DNA of 64,000 nt, taken from assembly GCA_973895155.1 (NCBI GenBank), contig OZ316894.1, positions 5,046,944 to 5,110,943 on the forward strand, read 5' to 3'. The DNA comes from Marsupella aquatica (Eukaryota; Plantae; Marchantiophyta). Made by a program: the position numbers and the translations under genes. The first letter of the stretch is position 1. Every line of letters begins with the position of its first letter. This document shows positions 11,199 to 25,229 of the stretch, in pieces. Below the pieces are notes generated by a model. It did not search any database, was not told the origin of the DNA, and saw only the letters and a program-made list of their open reading frames with translations.

Positions 11199-14100
11199 CT
11201 AACGCATGATACTACCCCGCTCGACACGCTGCATCCGATGAATCTCCTCCAGGTCGGATATAAAGCTGGAACCGGAAACTTGTACGTATTAGTACCAACA
11301 ACAGGAATTCAATGAAAGCTCCTGGTCCAGACAAAGCAGGAAAACACTACCTGCAGATAGTAAAGTCATCCCCGAGGAAGCAGCAACCAAGCTATGCCCG
11401 TAGAAAAATGAGATTCACCGTATGCGCTGACTCACCTTGAAGAGTTGTGGACAACTGAGCCCCCCAGGAGCACACGAGTGCCATTCTGGGCAGAATTTTG
11501 CAATGCAACTGTGCGAGCTTCCTCATAGGTCGTACCTCCAACAATGAAAATCACTACGTCTTGTGGCCTGCACGAATCCGTTTCTATTGGTCAGAACTTC
11601 GACTTAAACATGGATTTTGAACCAGATATTCGAAGATCCTCAACGATGAGTGTTGTGCTCAGAAAAATTCACATCGCCCCACACTCAGAACTAACCTGCC
11701 CTGTTGAAAATGATTTCCAACAAACGGGTAGTCTACATCACGTAAGCGCCCTCTCACAATATTCTCAATCGTTTGTGCAAGAAGTGGCTGGTGTTGGGTA
11801 TACACATTTTCCACACCCTGCCACAACCAACACAAACGCTTTAGCATCAAACCAAATGTCTGTTTCTCCAATCACGAATGAGAGAACACTGCAAAGAGTC
11901 TTTTCACAAAAAGTGAGACGACCAATCTGAGCAAAATGTCAGTGACAGCTGCATATATTATCAGAAATAAACCAGTGAACCGGTGAGAGAGATACCTTCA
12001 GCCCCCTAGCCATATTCCGGGCCCTGTTAAAGAGATCTCTGTTACTGTACAGATCCCCAGTTCGTTTTTCTACACCACATTGCCTCAGTAGAGTGTGTAC
12101 AAGCTGTGCACGGCGGATTACTTATATTAGGCATCACTAACACATGTGATAACTTAGTAAGCGGGAGAATGTCAATATGTCCTAATCCATCCCGGAATAA
12201 TAGGAAGGAATGGTGATTAACTAAAAAGATATTTCGCTTGGAACGTCCGCTTGACCCCAAAAGCATCGGCGAAACTCTACCCAACACACATTTCCTGGCA
12301 TTAAGAGAAAACTCCTCAAAAGCGTGGCGCTATTTGTTGGCCACTGCTGTATGCGAACATTCATGAGAGGGACATGAAGTTCTTTCTTACCGCAGGCTTC
12401 CACCGATTGGACCTGGCTCCAAATCTTGAGATCAGTTGCTCCACAGTTTGTGGACTCTCTTTCTCATACCGAAGCGCGTAAAGCATAACCAGCCGCAATC
12501 TATCTATCTCTGTGACTTTATCTTTATTCAAGTGCTGCACAACAGCCTACATTCAAAGTTCCAGACTGAGTCAGAACACTCTTGAAGTTAGGTGGAGTCA
12601 ACACCTGGAAAGCGAACAAATAGTCCAAGCAATGACAACAAACTTCAGTGATCCAATTCATCGTGTCAAATCTGTCAACAACACCTTTTTCTTTGCGACG
12701 GTCTGATTGTTGCGAATGGGACTTTGCAAAATAATCTACAGTAATACCTCAAATGCTGCGGGTTGTCCACCCGAGCACGCAAGCTCTTGTTCTACTTGTG
12801 AGACAGCCATTAGCTGCCGCTCATCCACTATGCGGCTCATCTCAGTCATGAGAGTCACATGTTTTGAGACACCGCCTTGCTGCTTGCGATACTCTGGATA
12901 ATTCTCTACAAACTTCACCATGTCCTCTGAAGAACAACATGCCCAGACATGAAAAAAGTGAGGGGGGGGTTATTAGACCAGGCCAAAGCAGTCCATCATC
13001 AGGATACACGCGTAGTGACCAAGTCATCTTAATGTATCACTGAAACTCAAACAAATCCCAAAAGCATAAACTTCTGCAAAATTTTACGTCAATTAAATCT
13101 AAAAAATGTAGTCAGCTGAAGTAACAGCTCGAAAAAGCGATCAGGGTTTCTTTCCCAGACGTAAAGAACATAAGCAGCGGAGTACCTAGGGATTGTATGT
13201 TTTGATGATTCTTTGACTTTGACTGAAAGTCATCCACCATCTTCTTTATATTGGCTCCAAGATCACCAAAGTTCTCATACATGTTACTCTTAAAGAAAGG
13301 ATCTTGCTCCGACGACAAAACTACCTCCTGCAAAGAGAACAATGAAGTCCGGTTAAGTGGAATAGTAAAACACCAACGACCCTACCATTCCGTCTAGTAA
13401 ACACTGCAATCGACTGCATACATTACACTCACTGTGCCAATGAAACAAGGAGAAGCGAATCAAACTTTTTCGACACAATTTTAAATCAACTCGAAAAAGC
13501 TTTAAATTTTGGAAGGAGAGGAGAAGGCTTGTCAAACAGATAGCCAACCTGTAAATCTTGCGGAACTTTAGGCAAACTCTTCAGATCCACGGTATTATCT
13601 GCAATCCCTAATAGCTCATGTACCATAGCCTGCGACACAGATTTCAACTCATTGGGACATCTGGACCAAAGCTTTCGTACAACAAATAATTCCAAGGAAT
13701 GTAATTTCACGAGTTTTTTCTAGTGGCCTCACGCCGAAGTCCTTCACCTGGGACTATAGTTCCTGCGAAATCCGACCAGATGCAGGTATTGAAGGCTGCT
13801 GAAGTTCATCCCTAAACAGTGCGAACCATGGGGAGATATTCCAGGAAAAACAGCATTTTGATAGGCTGCAAATTACCTGATAAGTCCACTGATTCAGCAA
13901 TGGCGTAACAGCGTCGTCCCTTCTGTCCAAAACCAGTAACAATGGAGCCACTTCTGATCGTCTAAAATCGAACAACCCATTCTCTTGTTCATACATCAAT
14001 CTCTGGGCACACAATCCAGATCGGTGAGATTGTTTTCCACTACACAAACAAGTCAGGCGAGATAGGAAAGTAAGATAAATAATTCTGGACGCCCTCGGTA

Positions 14101-15668
14101 TCAAAGGACGCTGAGGAACCCAGTGACTTAAACCAAACGAACGTAACACTTTCAGTGAACAAAATGATATCCCAGACAAACTGCAGTGCTTGCAGAAGGA
14201 ATTTTCACGAGTTCAAAAACTTTTGAAAGGTCAACTTACTGCTGTCTCTGAAGCAACTCGTTTACAAATTTCAGAGCTTCTTTGGTAGCGAATGGCCGGT
14301 CGTCTTTTCATTGATAGAAAGACAGCTGCTATTCCTTCCACCATCCTATCGCATGCCAGTTGACTATTCTGTGGGTCTAGGACAGTTGGTAGCATGCAGA
14401 GGTAGTTTGAAGGCAGATTCAATGTGAAATGATATGGATCAATGGCGAAGTAGTCAGCATAATACTCCTGCAAGAGCAACCAAGATATTAAATAGGAACA
14501 AAATAGCTTCGCCCAAAACGAACACAAAGCAAACTCTTGACATTCCTTTCCTTATGCATCATCAAACATCATAACAGACACACAACTTCAATAATAACGA
14601 CAGAAGACACTCCAATCCTCACCTGCACCTGCTGCACCGCCTCATGTACATCAGCATCTGCTAGAATCTGGATGTACTGGGTCTTCAACAAGTTTGACAA
14701 AACTGCAAAACAAGACACCAGATTCAGAATTGTCATTTTCAAATTAATTCACATTGCGATCAAACCAGTATTATGCAAATATAAACACTCATTACAGACT
14801 TGCCCAGAATATTATAAAGTCGACTCTTCCCAATACATCCCGTCTGCATAATCAATTGAAAGAACATCCCTACCCATGGGGAAAATAATGTCCACATACA
14901 TATATGGAACTCGCCAAATCGCGGACTAGTTAAGTGGCGCTTCAAATGCTGAATGTTCTCCGAAGTCGGTCGCAGAAAGGCCACCGCCTTCAGGTGGGTC
15001 ATCACTTCTCTGGCGGGTGCATCCACCTTTTCAACCAGAAAGACTTCTTTCTGCAGGAGCTCTGATTGACTCGTAGCAACGCTCACAATACCAACCTGCG
15101 GAATCGATCCACGACAAACACTCCGCATTACTGGCCACTGCATGAGAAACACGGGCTCGACCTCTTCTTTCTTACAGCATCCTCCAAAGGTAATTAGATC
15201 TCCCCTCCGCCCACCGATGGAGAATTCTCTACTACCCTAAACTCTCAAAACCTTAGGCACAAATTACTTTAAAGCACCAACCAGTAGAGAAATTCGGTGG
15301 AGCAATTCAAATCAGCATGGGTCAGACAGAAAAACCGCGGGTAGGAAGAACTGGCTATTGGAGAATCAGAACCACATAGAAAGATGTCAATCCGAACCAT
15401 TTGTGGCTGATTTCGTTCACAACAGCAAACTTGTAGACAACACCAGATCTAGGCCCAATTAGGTCAGAGGAAAACTGTCCACAAACAGAATACACAAAAT
15501 GACAGATGGGAGATAGTAGATGAGAGCTGGGAGATGGCAGACAGAAGATGCGATTGGAGAGTGGGAGATTCGAGGTACCGTGTGATCGTCGAGCAGCATG
15601 ACCTTCATCCCGTGGATGTCATGCAGCATCCGGTTGACATAGTCGCGCACCGCGGCAACGAGCACCAT
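11199..15668 (-). CDS. VPS45: Vacuolar protein sorting 45 (Sec1/Munc18 family), multi-exon
   Basis: Exon translations include [140 protein letters not shown] and GVENVYTQHQPLL; the last exon ends FISDLEEIHRMQRVERGSIMR*. Confidence 0.97.
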
Positions 15669-18600
15669 CTTCGCTATTCGGCTATCTCAACCTTTTGTTT
15701 GTTGTTTTTTGCAAGAAGATCAAAGATCAGAGATCAGAGCAATCCCTGAATCTACTGCTAGGCCTCCTCTCCTTCGAGCTGCTGACCACCCTAATTAGAT
15801 GACAATTCCACATACCCACATACTCCGCGAGCCCGGGAGTAGGATTCTCTTGCAAGCACCTACTGTGCCTACTCCTCCAATGTCTCCAGTAGTCGAAACA
15901 CTCGACTCTGGTGGTGCGATCTTTCCGTGTTTGGATGCCGAGACCAGTCTAAAAGTCAGATCCCCACCTTCGACGCGCATAGAGAGTAGAGTCGAGACGA
16001 CCTCCCTTTCTCTCTCTGGTGGTCGATCGATCCCATCTTTCTCTGAATCTCTTCTTCGACGAGACCGTGTGGACAACTGTAGTCGTTGGCCTTACTGTAC
16101 TGTACTGTACTGTAGTCGTTGGCCTTACTGTACTGTAGTTTGGAGATGGTTACCGGGTACCTTATTGTTTCTAGAGTCCACTAAGTGCATGGTAAACCAC
16201 CACTAGCCATGACAAAAACATAAATAGTATCATTTCCTGAATTTTGTGGAGTGAGATGAAAAGGGGGAGGAGAAGAATGAGAGAAAAGTGAAAAATGGAG
16301 AAGTCTTGGACACTTCCCCTTTTATATGACTAGTGGCAGTTTAAGGTAGTCCTGGTGATTCTTTGGTGATTTTTCACTTTTGGGGGTTGTAGGTTGCTAT
16401 GGTACAAGCACTTTTAACCATGAATGCATCTCATAATCTTGACCTTACTTCATATGGTCTGCATGCAGCACAGAGTTAGGCTCAAATCCTGCACCCTTGT
16501 AAACATGTTGGGCATTAGTGAGTGAATATGTCAGTGTTTAAATCACCTGAAGAGCCTCAATGGGAAGCTAAGGACACCTGCTCTTTCTATTATGAGGTAT
16601 TTTGCCTTCTGTGTATGGTCTCCCTATATATATATGCAGGTTGAACATATACCGTAGACAAAATACCTCGTCATGGAACACAAGTCGTCCTTAATTGTAT
16701 ACATAAAAGGACGATCAGATACCCTTTTTTGTTTTTTGTTTTATGAGTTGATCAAATGGAGTTGAGCAACTGTAAACCAACAGCAGCTGCCTTGGCATAT
16801 CGGTTGAACATGTTAAAGCCTACATATTAGCCTCAATCATGTCTATCAAATAACCAGAAGGTCTTAAATGGTGTCACATATTGATGTTGCAGGCCCACTC
16901 TGAGTAATCTGTGGGAGTGTGTCTGCACTCTGTTCACATGCATTTTGAACAGCCGACAAGTCAATGATAGAAGTGTTTAAGCAGGAGTTTAAGGTCATCA
17001 AGAAAGCAGGACATAATAATGATAGATTGCATCACTGGGAGAGTGAGTGATAGCAAAAATACACACCAAAATCCTATTAAAAAAGAGCTATATGTTAAGG
17101 GATGCACGCAGATGAGTAATTTTTAATCCTTGCATCAACCCAGATTGACCCATGAAAGAATGGTTGAGGTAATGAAGCAGTGTTATGAGTTGAGGTTTGC
17201 TTCATTAGGTCATGTGGTAGAAGGTCATGGTCAGGAGAAGGGTTTAGGTGCGAGCGGGAGAAAGAAACCTCCCTTCAACGTGCATTTAATATAAATTTAA
17301 TATGTACCTTTGTGCACCTTTTTAACGGATGTCCCCGAAGGGACTTTTTGTGCACATTTTTGGGTGTGTTGACATGTTCATAGCATAGAATCGGATCTTC
17401 TACCACTCAACTTTGATGATTGCCTGCAAGGGGAGTTCATTTTCAAAGTTGTGGTGCAAACTTCTTTTAACTACTTATTGGTTGATGGTTAGAAATTGTA
17501 TTGTTGAAAATGGCCCCAAAACAAATTCAAAACCATATTGCATATCCTATTGTAGAAACCTTATTGTTTAGCCTAATATGACCACGTAGGTTTGGTCATA
17601 GGCAAGTCATGGGCATGGTAGTAAACTGCATCTAAGTTTGTTTTGTGGATAGTGGTGGTTTAACCACAAAATGCACTTTAGTTTTACACACCACACCTGT
17701 GTATTATAAAGTGTACTGTAAAGCCTTTTGTGTCATGCTCTCACTTTCCTTTGTCCCGTGTTTGACTTCCACAACTGTAGTAGACTACCATATTTGTTGT
17801 TAGTGCAAGTCATCCTCCACTCATGCAAACTACACTTTTTTGGTGCATTACAAAAGGAAATTATTGCTATAAGGATAGAAAACTAGGTTATTTTTGGTGA
17901 ATGCACGTCAAAATGTAGCAGCATATGGTGTACTGACAAAATCACATGTGCTCATAGGTTTTGATTGACAGATTTTTCATATCACAATAATTCTGATTTG
18001 TTATGTTGAACCAGTGAGGGTTGTTCCTTCTAAACATCCGCCCGAATTTCTGACTTGCTTTGTGATGTGCAATTACAACGAGGACAACATGGTCAACCTG
18101 CACTTATGCACGCATAGGATAATGGTGGTCTGGGCATCCAAGAAGCTTCTCCAAACATTTTGGAGCAGGGTTCAGGCTACAATCAAGCCATTTTTTGTGG
18201 GCAAATATTTGCCAAGAATGTACCTAGAAAAGGAGCTGGAACAAAGTAGTTGAAGGACACCGAGCCAAAGTTTGAGCATTTTAACATTCGCAAGTATGAT
18301 GGGTTTTTGAACACTTGTCTTCTCGAAGGTTAGCTAATCATTTGGAATTACACCTTCATCAATGGTCAAGAAAATAGCTAATTGAATCCAATGGTTGTGT
18401 ATCTTTCCCGCCCAGGAGCTTTTTTGGATTGGGACGATGGACAAAAAAAGGTGAGATCCCTTATTATAGTTGTAGATTGTTTGTTATACTTTCCCTGTTG
18501 GGAGAACACTTTTATTTACAGAATGTACATGCACTAGTCTAATCAGAACTTTCTTAATTTCACCAATGACACCACCATTGGATGGGATGTTGAAATATAT

Positions 18601-19921
18601 ATGTCATGTCATAGGGCCACTGGTGAACAATCACATTCACTTTGGTTGCAACCTATTGTTTTTTTTAGTCTGGCTCTACATTTGCCTCATGCGTCATCTC
18701 CTATGAGTGAAAGTGGGCTCCCTCCCAGGCTCCCTACTTCAAGGACATCATTAGTTCCCAATGGTTCTTTGTCTGGTTCTGAGAAGGGTTGGGAAGTAGA
18801 GACTGTACGCGTAGTTAAAGGCAAGGAGCACAATGTAGACCTCACTCTGCCCTTAGACTCTGAAGCTCAACCAAGCAATAAAATAGCAATTGATCCAAAG
18901 GTGGCAGGGACTAAGTGGAATAGGAGAGCCGCTGAGTTGAATTACAACTTTCACAACAATTGGGCCACTAATTGATAGTGGCAAGAATATTGGGCTTGGG
19001 GACGGTGGCAGGAGGGGAGGAGGGGCCAAACTTTGCCTTGGAAGGTGATTTTCTGATAGTGGCAAGAATGTTGGGTTGGGGGAAGGGGGGTGCAGGGCAG
19101 GACTCTACCATGGAAGGTGATGACATACTCAAAGCAGTCTTCAATTCCCCAATAGAGGAAATGATGTTACAGCTGATCAAGTTACCACTTGCCACCTGAA
19201 TGCATAGCTAAACTTTGGGATTAGCCATTGAACTTACTCCTAACTAGCGACTGTTAGCCAGTTGGCTGCAGCCCAAAACAGACCTACAGTAGTAGCTAAC
19301 TTTCCTTACTCCATAGGCCACTAGAAAGCCACCTTGGCTAATTCTGAAAAAATGGCTACTAGAACTCCTCCTTCATATTGCATGATTTCTGTCCGGAAAA
19401 AGTTACTCCTGGTGACAAGCTCCAAAACAAAAGTATGGAAATAGCAAAAACCTCTCAATTAATGTGGTTATTAAACACCGGCAACCTGTATTCCGGGCCA
19501 CAATTACGGCTAGAGTCATTCGTGTCATGCTCCACATCTTCCTTTGTAATTTTTGTATGGAATGGAGGTTATCTATGTGTAGCCATTTCCATAGGTACCT
19601 GCTCTTCACATAATCTCTTGCCCAAAAGTGACCTTTTTTTGACAATGACTACAAAGGGCAAGGGTTCTAGTCTCTAACCCTACTCCCAGAAAGCTCAGAG
19701 AAGCTTCTTGACCATCGTGTGCTAGATTTTCCTCACTTTCTGGTCAAAGCGTTACAAGTTAGTAACCCCAAATACAAGCTAGTAACCCCAAACCATAAAT
19801 CTATAGGGAGCTCTTTGGCCCCATGTTAGACTTTCCACGACTGGGGTTACAGGCTAGTAACCCCAGACCTTACCCCCATTATCCTATAGGTAGCTCCCTC
19901 GTCCCATGGTCGACTTTTCAC

Positions 19922-20156
19922 AACTGCGGTACCCTACTCAACGAAACACCATGACTGCGGTAGACTACTCGACAAAACACCATAACTGCGGTAGACTACT
20001 CAACGAAACACCATAACTGCGGTAGACTACTCAACGAAACACCATAACTGCGGTAGACTACTCAACGAAACACCATAACTGCGGTAGACTACTCAACGAA
20101 ACACCATAACTGCGGTAGACTACTCAACGAAACACCATAACTGCGGTAGACTACTC
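19922..20156. repeat. 31-bp tandem array, ~7.6 copies (AACTGCGGTAGACTACTCAACGAAACACCAT)
   Basis: Head-to-tail units with no spacers; the first two units carry substitutions, the later ones are identical. Confidence 0.97.
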
Positions 20157-20374
20157 GTTGCGTTTCGTCGAAGCCCGTTCGACGCTCTCTCCCGTGTGAA
20201 AAGCGCATCGTGCTTTTTCTCGACCGTGTCTCCGGTATTTACGGCATTATCCTCTTCCCTTGTCGGGCTCTCGAGCTCCTCTGCTTCGCTTCTGCTGAAC
20301 ACCAGAACTGTAGCTGCGCAACTTCGCCGTGAGATCTCGAGGGCGCTTCAATTCTTCATTCATGGAGCGGACTC

Positions 20375-20930
20375 CTGTACAATCGGAATCCGCGTTGAGG
20401 TGGATAGACAGATCAGGGTGGAGCAGGAAGAGCGGATTCACGGCTTTTAATTAGGATGGAGGTTGATGGAGGTTGATGGAGGTGGATAGAAAGAAGGAAA
20501 GCACGGTGCAGGGTGGAGAAGGAAGAGCTGATTCTTGGCTTAATAAGGAGGCTTTGAACTTTCAATCGGGTTTTGCGTGGAGGGGGATAGAAAGATCGAA
20601 AGGACGGTGCAGGGTGGAGCAGGAAGAGCGGATTCACGGCTTAATTGAGAGACTTTGAACCTGTACAATCGGGTTTTGTGTGGAGGTGGATAGAAAGATC
20701 GAAAGCACAGTGCAGGGTGGAGCAGGAAGAGCGGATTCACGGCTCAATTGGGAGACTTTGAACCTGTACCATCGGGTTTTGTGCGGAGGTGGATAGAAAG
20801 ATCGAAAGGACGTTGCAGGGTGGAGCAGGAAGAGCGGTTCACGGCTCAATTAGGAGACTTTGAACCCGTACAATTGGGGTTTGCGTGGAGGTGCATAGCA
20901 AGATTGAAAGCACGGTGCTGGGTGGACAGG
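20375..20930. repeat. ~103-bp imperfect tandem array, ~5 copies
   Basis: A unit containing gtggatagaaagatcgaaag...gcagggtggagcaggaagagcggattcacggct...gagactttgaacctgtac recurs; the period between 20661, 20764 and 20866 is ~103. Confidence 0.9.
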
Positions 20931-21616
20931 ACGAGGACGAGGACTGCTGTACACCCGAATGGCCCCGTCGAGGGTCGGATTTTGAGCTTAGGAGGATATG
21001 CACCGATTCGAGAGGTTGGGGGAGACAGAGAAACAGATATCAGGGGCCCGGTTGGAGAAGGAGACTTAATTTCTCACGAATTGCCCCTTCGTGGAGTTTA
21101 GGGTTACGTGAATTCGCTTTGGTTCGTGTGGGGCTGCGTGGAGCTGGATAGAAAGATAGAGACGTAGATTGCACTTCTGGACGTCGGTGCATATTTTGTG
21201 GCTTTCTTGGCGCAGACGAACGAGGTGTTCGTGTGTTACACGCCTTCCTTGCGGAGAAGCTGATTACAGCGAACCTTGATGACCAATTCATGAGGTACGC
21301 GGAGTTGGAGAGCGCGTTCCAACGCGGTGGAGGGAGGGGACGGGGAGAATCGAATTTGACAGGGAGTTGTGTACTGTAGGTACTCCATTTGTAACTCATT
21401 TGAAGAAGCGTTAGATTACTTTTAAAAGTGCAGCTCAAGCAGGTCTGCCAGGTTGAAGAGGAGGCAAGGGTTGAGAGCTATCAGGCGTCGTTGATTTCAT
21501 ATTGCGAATTATACACTGCAGGGAATTGTTGGTGACATCGCGGAGGTAGATACGCTGTCGATCTTGCCGCACGCGGACTTGATCTGGGATAAGGAAAATT
21601 GAATTGAGAGGAAACG

Positions 21617-24600
21617 ATGACGACAGAACTTGCGGCCAGCCCTGGACAACTGAACCTTGACGAGACCACGAATTGGGGTTCTCGTAGCGTTGACAACTTT
21701 TTGAAACTCGAGCATATTGGCGAAGGCACTTATGGGTGAACTTCTACTCTCTTCGCTTGACGATAGTTGCGACGCTTACTGAGTATCCTTCGTCGTTCGC
21801 CTCTTAGGGTTTTCGTTTCCCCTTTCGAAAGAAATTGTATGTTAGCAGATTTGGCTGAGGGGCCAGATTGGTCAATGTTGTGACTGGCCTGATTCGTAAG
21901 TACAGTCAAGGAATTAGGTCTGTCGTCTTGAATGTCTTAACAATGTGTTGGGATTTTTCAGGCAAGTATATATGGCGAGAGATAAGGTGACGCAGGAAAT
22001 AGTTGCATTGAAAAGGGTCCGCATGGACAACGAGAAAGAAGGAGTGAGTGGCCTACATTTCGATTGAATCATTCGCTTTGAGCATTTTACTTTTTGTGTC
22101 CCGTCCTTGGGAGAATTTCTACGACCCCCAAGTTATCAGTATTGGCTTACCTTGAGTTGACTCGAAATTGCTCTTTGTTATACAGTTCCCCATAACAGCT
22201 ATTCGGGAAATCAAACTTCTGAAGAAGCTACAGCATCAAAATGTCATCAAGCTTAAAGAGATCGTTTCCTCCAAAGGTTGCTCATCTTCTTATGTGGCTT
22301 ATGCTCCATCCCTGTCACAAGTTGTTGACGAGATTCCGTGATTATTCTGGAATGCATCGTCAATCTTTCTTGTTGACGTCACTCTCAGGGATCGCAATCG
22401 ATCTAGACTTAAACGAAGGTGTCATTCCTAAATGCAGGTCTCGAGAGAGACGAGGTAGAGAAGGGTCCAGAAACAAGTAAGGTTCTATTTCTCTTGTTCC
22501 CCTGCACAATTGCGTCGGCACTGGATATATGGTTTTCGGCCTGTCACAATTTATGGTTTCGATACCTGAGGTCATGAATCATCGATTACCAAGATAGAGC
22601 ATTTCTGCCTGTTCTCAGAGATCAATATGTTAGTCAATGCTCTAAGTTGATCATGAGGGTGCTATTAAAACGTCATATCACTGTTTTAACTGATTTTAAT
22701 TTAATGAATATCAGGTGCTGATGATAACCTCTTAAAGGGGAGTATCTACATGGTTTTCGAATACATGGATCATGACCTGACTGGCTTGATTGATCAACCT
22801 GGTATTCGATTCAGTGTCCCTCAGATCAAAGTACGTACATTCCGAATGCAGCTACGGTTGTCTCTTCTTTTCGCTTTCTTGAATTGTCTTTAATATCAGT
22901 GAGAACTGAAAGTCGTAGGCAAGTCTACCTTTCAATTGGATCACAGGAGGCAACTTTGCCAGTTGTCACAAGAAGAGTCTGACACATATTGTTTGGAACG
23001 CTGTGGTGCAGTGTTATATGAAGCAGCTTTTGACGGGCCTTCATTATTGCCACATCAATCAGGTGCTTCATCGAGATATCAAAGGTCAGTTTTGGTACCT
23101 TCTGTGTCAGATCGTCATTTCCCTAAACCTTGAGGTCGTCTGATTTGAAGTTGTCGTCAGGTTGTGTGGTATGTGGAATTGAATTTTTGGGCCTGTTTTT
23201 GCAGGATCAAACCTTCTCATTGACAATCATGGGATATTGAAACTTGGGGATTTTGGACTGGCGAGATCGTACTCGACGGACTGTGTGCAGCTGACCAATA
23301 GAGTTATTACTCTGTGGTACAGGTAATTTTCAACATCTCGCCAGACTTTTGAAAGCGTTCATGCTTTCTGTTTGAAGCCTCGAGCCTGGGTCCATCCGGG
23401 TGGAGGAACCCGTGGTGTCCATACTTTAAAGTGGTGTACATCTCGTGTGTGAGACAGGCCTCCAGAGCTCCTCCTTGGTTCTCAGAAGTATACTCAAGCA
23501 GTGGATATGTGGTCCGTCGGCTGTATATTTGCTGAGCTCTTGTATGGGAGGCCCATCTTTCAGGGGAAAACTGAGGTATGTGTTCAAGATTCCATGACTG
23601 CCTTTTCAGTCTAGATGCTATAAGGTTTGGTATTTAGGACTCGAGAAATAAACGATACCCACGTTCTAAGAAATAATTCTAATGTCTCTGAGTGTGGCAG
23701 CCTGATCAACTGAATAAGATTCTAGAACTTTGTGGATCTTATGACGAGGCGGATTGGCCTGGCGTATCAAAGCTACCTAACTATGCTCAGTTCAAAAATA
23801 TGAAACCTCAGAAACGCAAGCTGAGGGACACTTTTAAAGCGTGCGATTTCTCCCCTCTCTATTGGAATGTTCGACCGTTTTGTCTCTTACTTTGTGGATC
23901 TATGGCTTTCCTGCTTATTTTTTGCTAGCCCTTTCAGTTCGTTTGTGCCATGTGTATCTTATTAGATGTTAAATTAGTTTCGTGTGTTTCTTATTAGAAT
24001 TTAGATTTGTGTTATTCGCTGTTGCGAGAGGTTTGCTAACTCTTCAATGAGGAGTATTCTAATTTGGTCACGTTCCTTCTCATCCTCAGTTTCGACAAGC
24101 ATGCCTTGGACCTCGTGGAGCGCATGTTAACTATGGATCCCGCCAAGGTACATGTTCTTGGAAGCTTCAATCTCTAAGCCTGAAGCTAGTCATATCTTAT
24201 GTAATGACGTGATAGTTTTGCTTTACTGAACGTGCGTTGGAATACGCATTCGAGCACATTTGGAAGACATGAAGGGTCTGGAGACACTTTGCACATTAGG
24301 ACTGGCCTATCCATGGGCTGGTCACTTGGCTAGTGTTGGTAGTCAGAACAGGTCGTGTCCGAATGCCTCTGAGCACACAGATTCTCCGTAACTCAGTGTT
24401 TTTATCATGACTTCCCGTCTGCAGAGAATTACTGCAAAGGATGCTTTGGACGCGGAGTACTTTTGGACAGATCCATTGCCATGTGCCCCCAACAGGTATG
24501 GATCTCCTCTCCTTTACACTGCTGTATCTGTTCTCCTTAGATATTGACTCGGTACATGCCTCTGTTTGCTGTAGATCTTCACAATTTTCTTCTTAACTGC

Positions 24601-25229
24601 GGGTCAAACGTTTGGCCACTGGCGGTTATCAACTTACCTTGAAGTATTCATTGTCCCACACTTCACGATACAATTTCTCGTGCCGCAGCCTTCCTCAATA
24701 CGAGACGTCACATGAATTTCAAACCAAGAAAAAGCGTCAGCAGCAAAGGCAGCAACAAGAGGAGCTGGCCAAGAGAAGAAACATGCAACATCAGCAGCCA
24801 CATCTGCCTCCTGTCCCAGCTGCGTATCCTCCAAGGCCTCCTAATGGGAGGGCAGTACAAGGTGGCCATCCAGTACAGGGACCACCGTACCAACACCAAC
24901 AGCAACAGCAGCAGCAACAATATGGTTGGGGTGGTCGTGGTGGCCCGCAAGGTGGAGGGCCTCACAGGCCCCGGCAATCTCATGGAGGGCCAAATGGGGG
25001 TTATCCAGCCAATAACAGAGGTCCTCCAGGAGAATATGGGGGGCCCATGCAAATGCAGGGAGGTCCGATGTCTGGAGGTCCCTTTGGTATGGCAGGTCAA
25101 GTAGGCAGGCCTCAAGGTTATGGAGTTTCTGGAGGACATAATGGATATCCACAGGGAGAGTATTATGGAGGCAATATGGGCCGGCAGCCAGGACCACCGC
25201 CGGGAGGTCGAGGACAAGGCCCGAGGTAA
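21617..25229 (+). CDS. CDKC: Cyclin-dependent kinase C (PITAIRE, CDK9-like), multi-exon
   Basis: [148 protein letters not shown], followed by a G/P/Q-rich tail. Confidence 0.96.

Noticed and set aside
16780-17020. PPR-like words on the minus strand (FLMTLNSC..QITQSG), and similarly at 50830-51018
   Set aside because: Too short and interrupted to show 35-aa periodicity; needs an HMM search.
19922-20156. CRISPR-like array
   Set aside because: Units are contiguous with no unique spacers, the context is eukaryotic and there are no cas genes.
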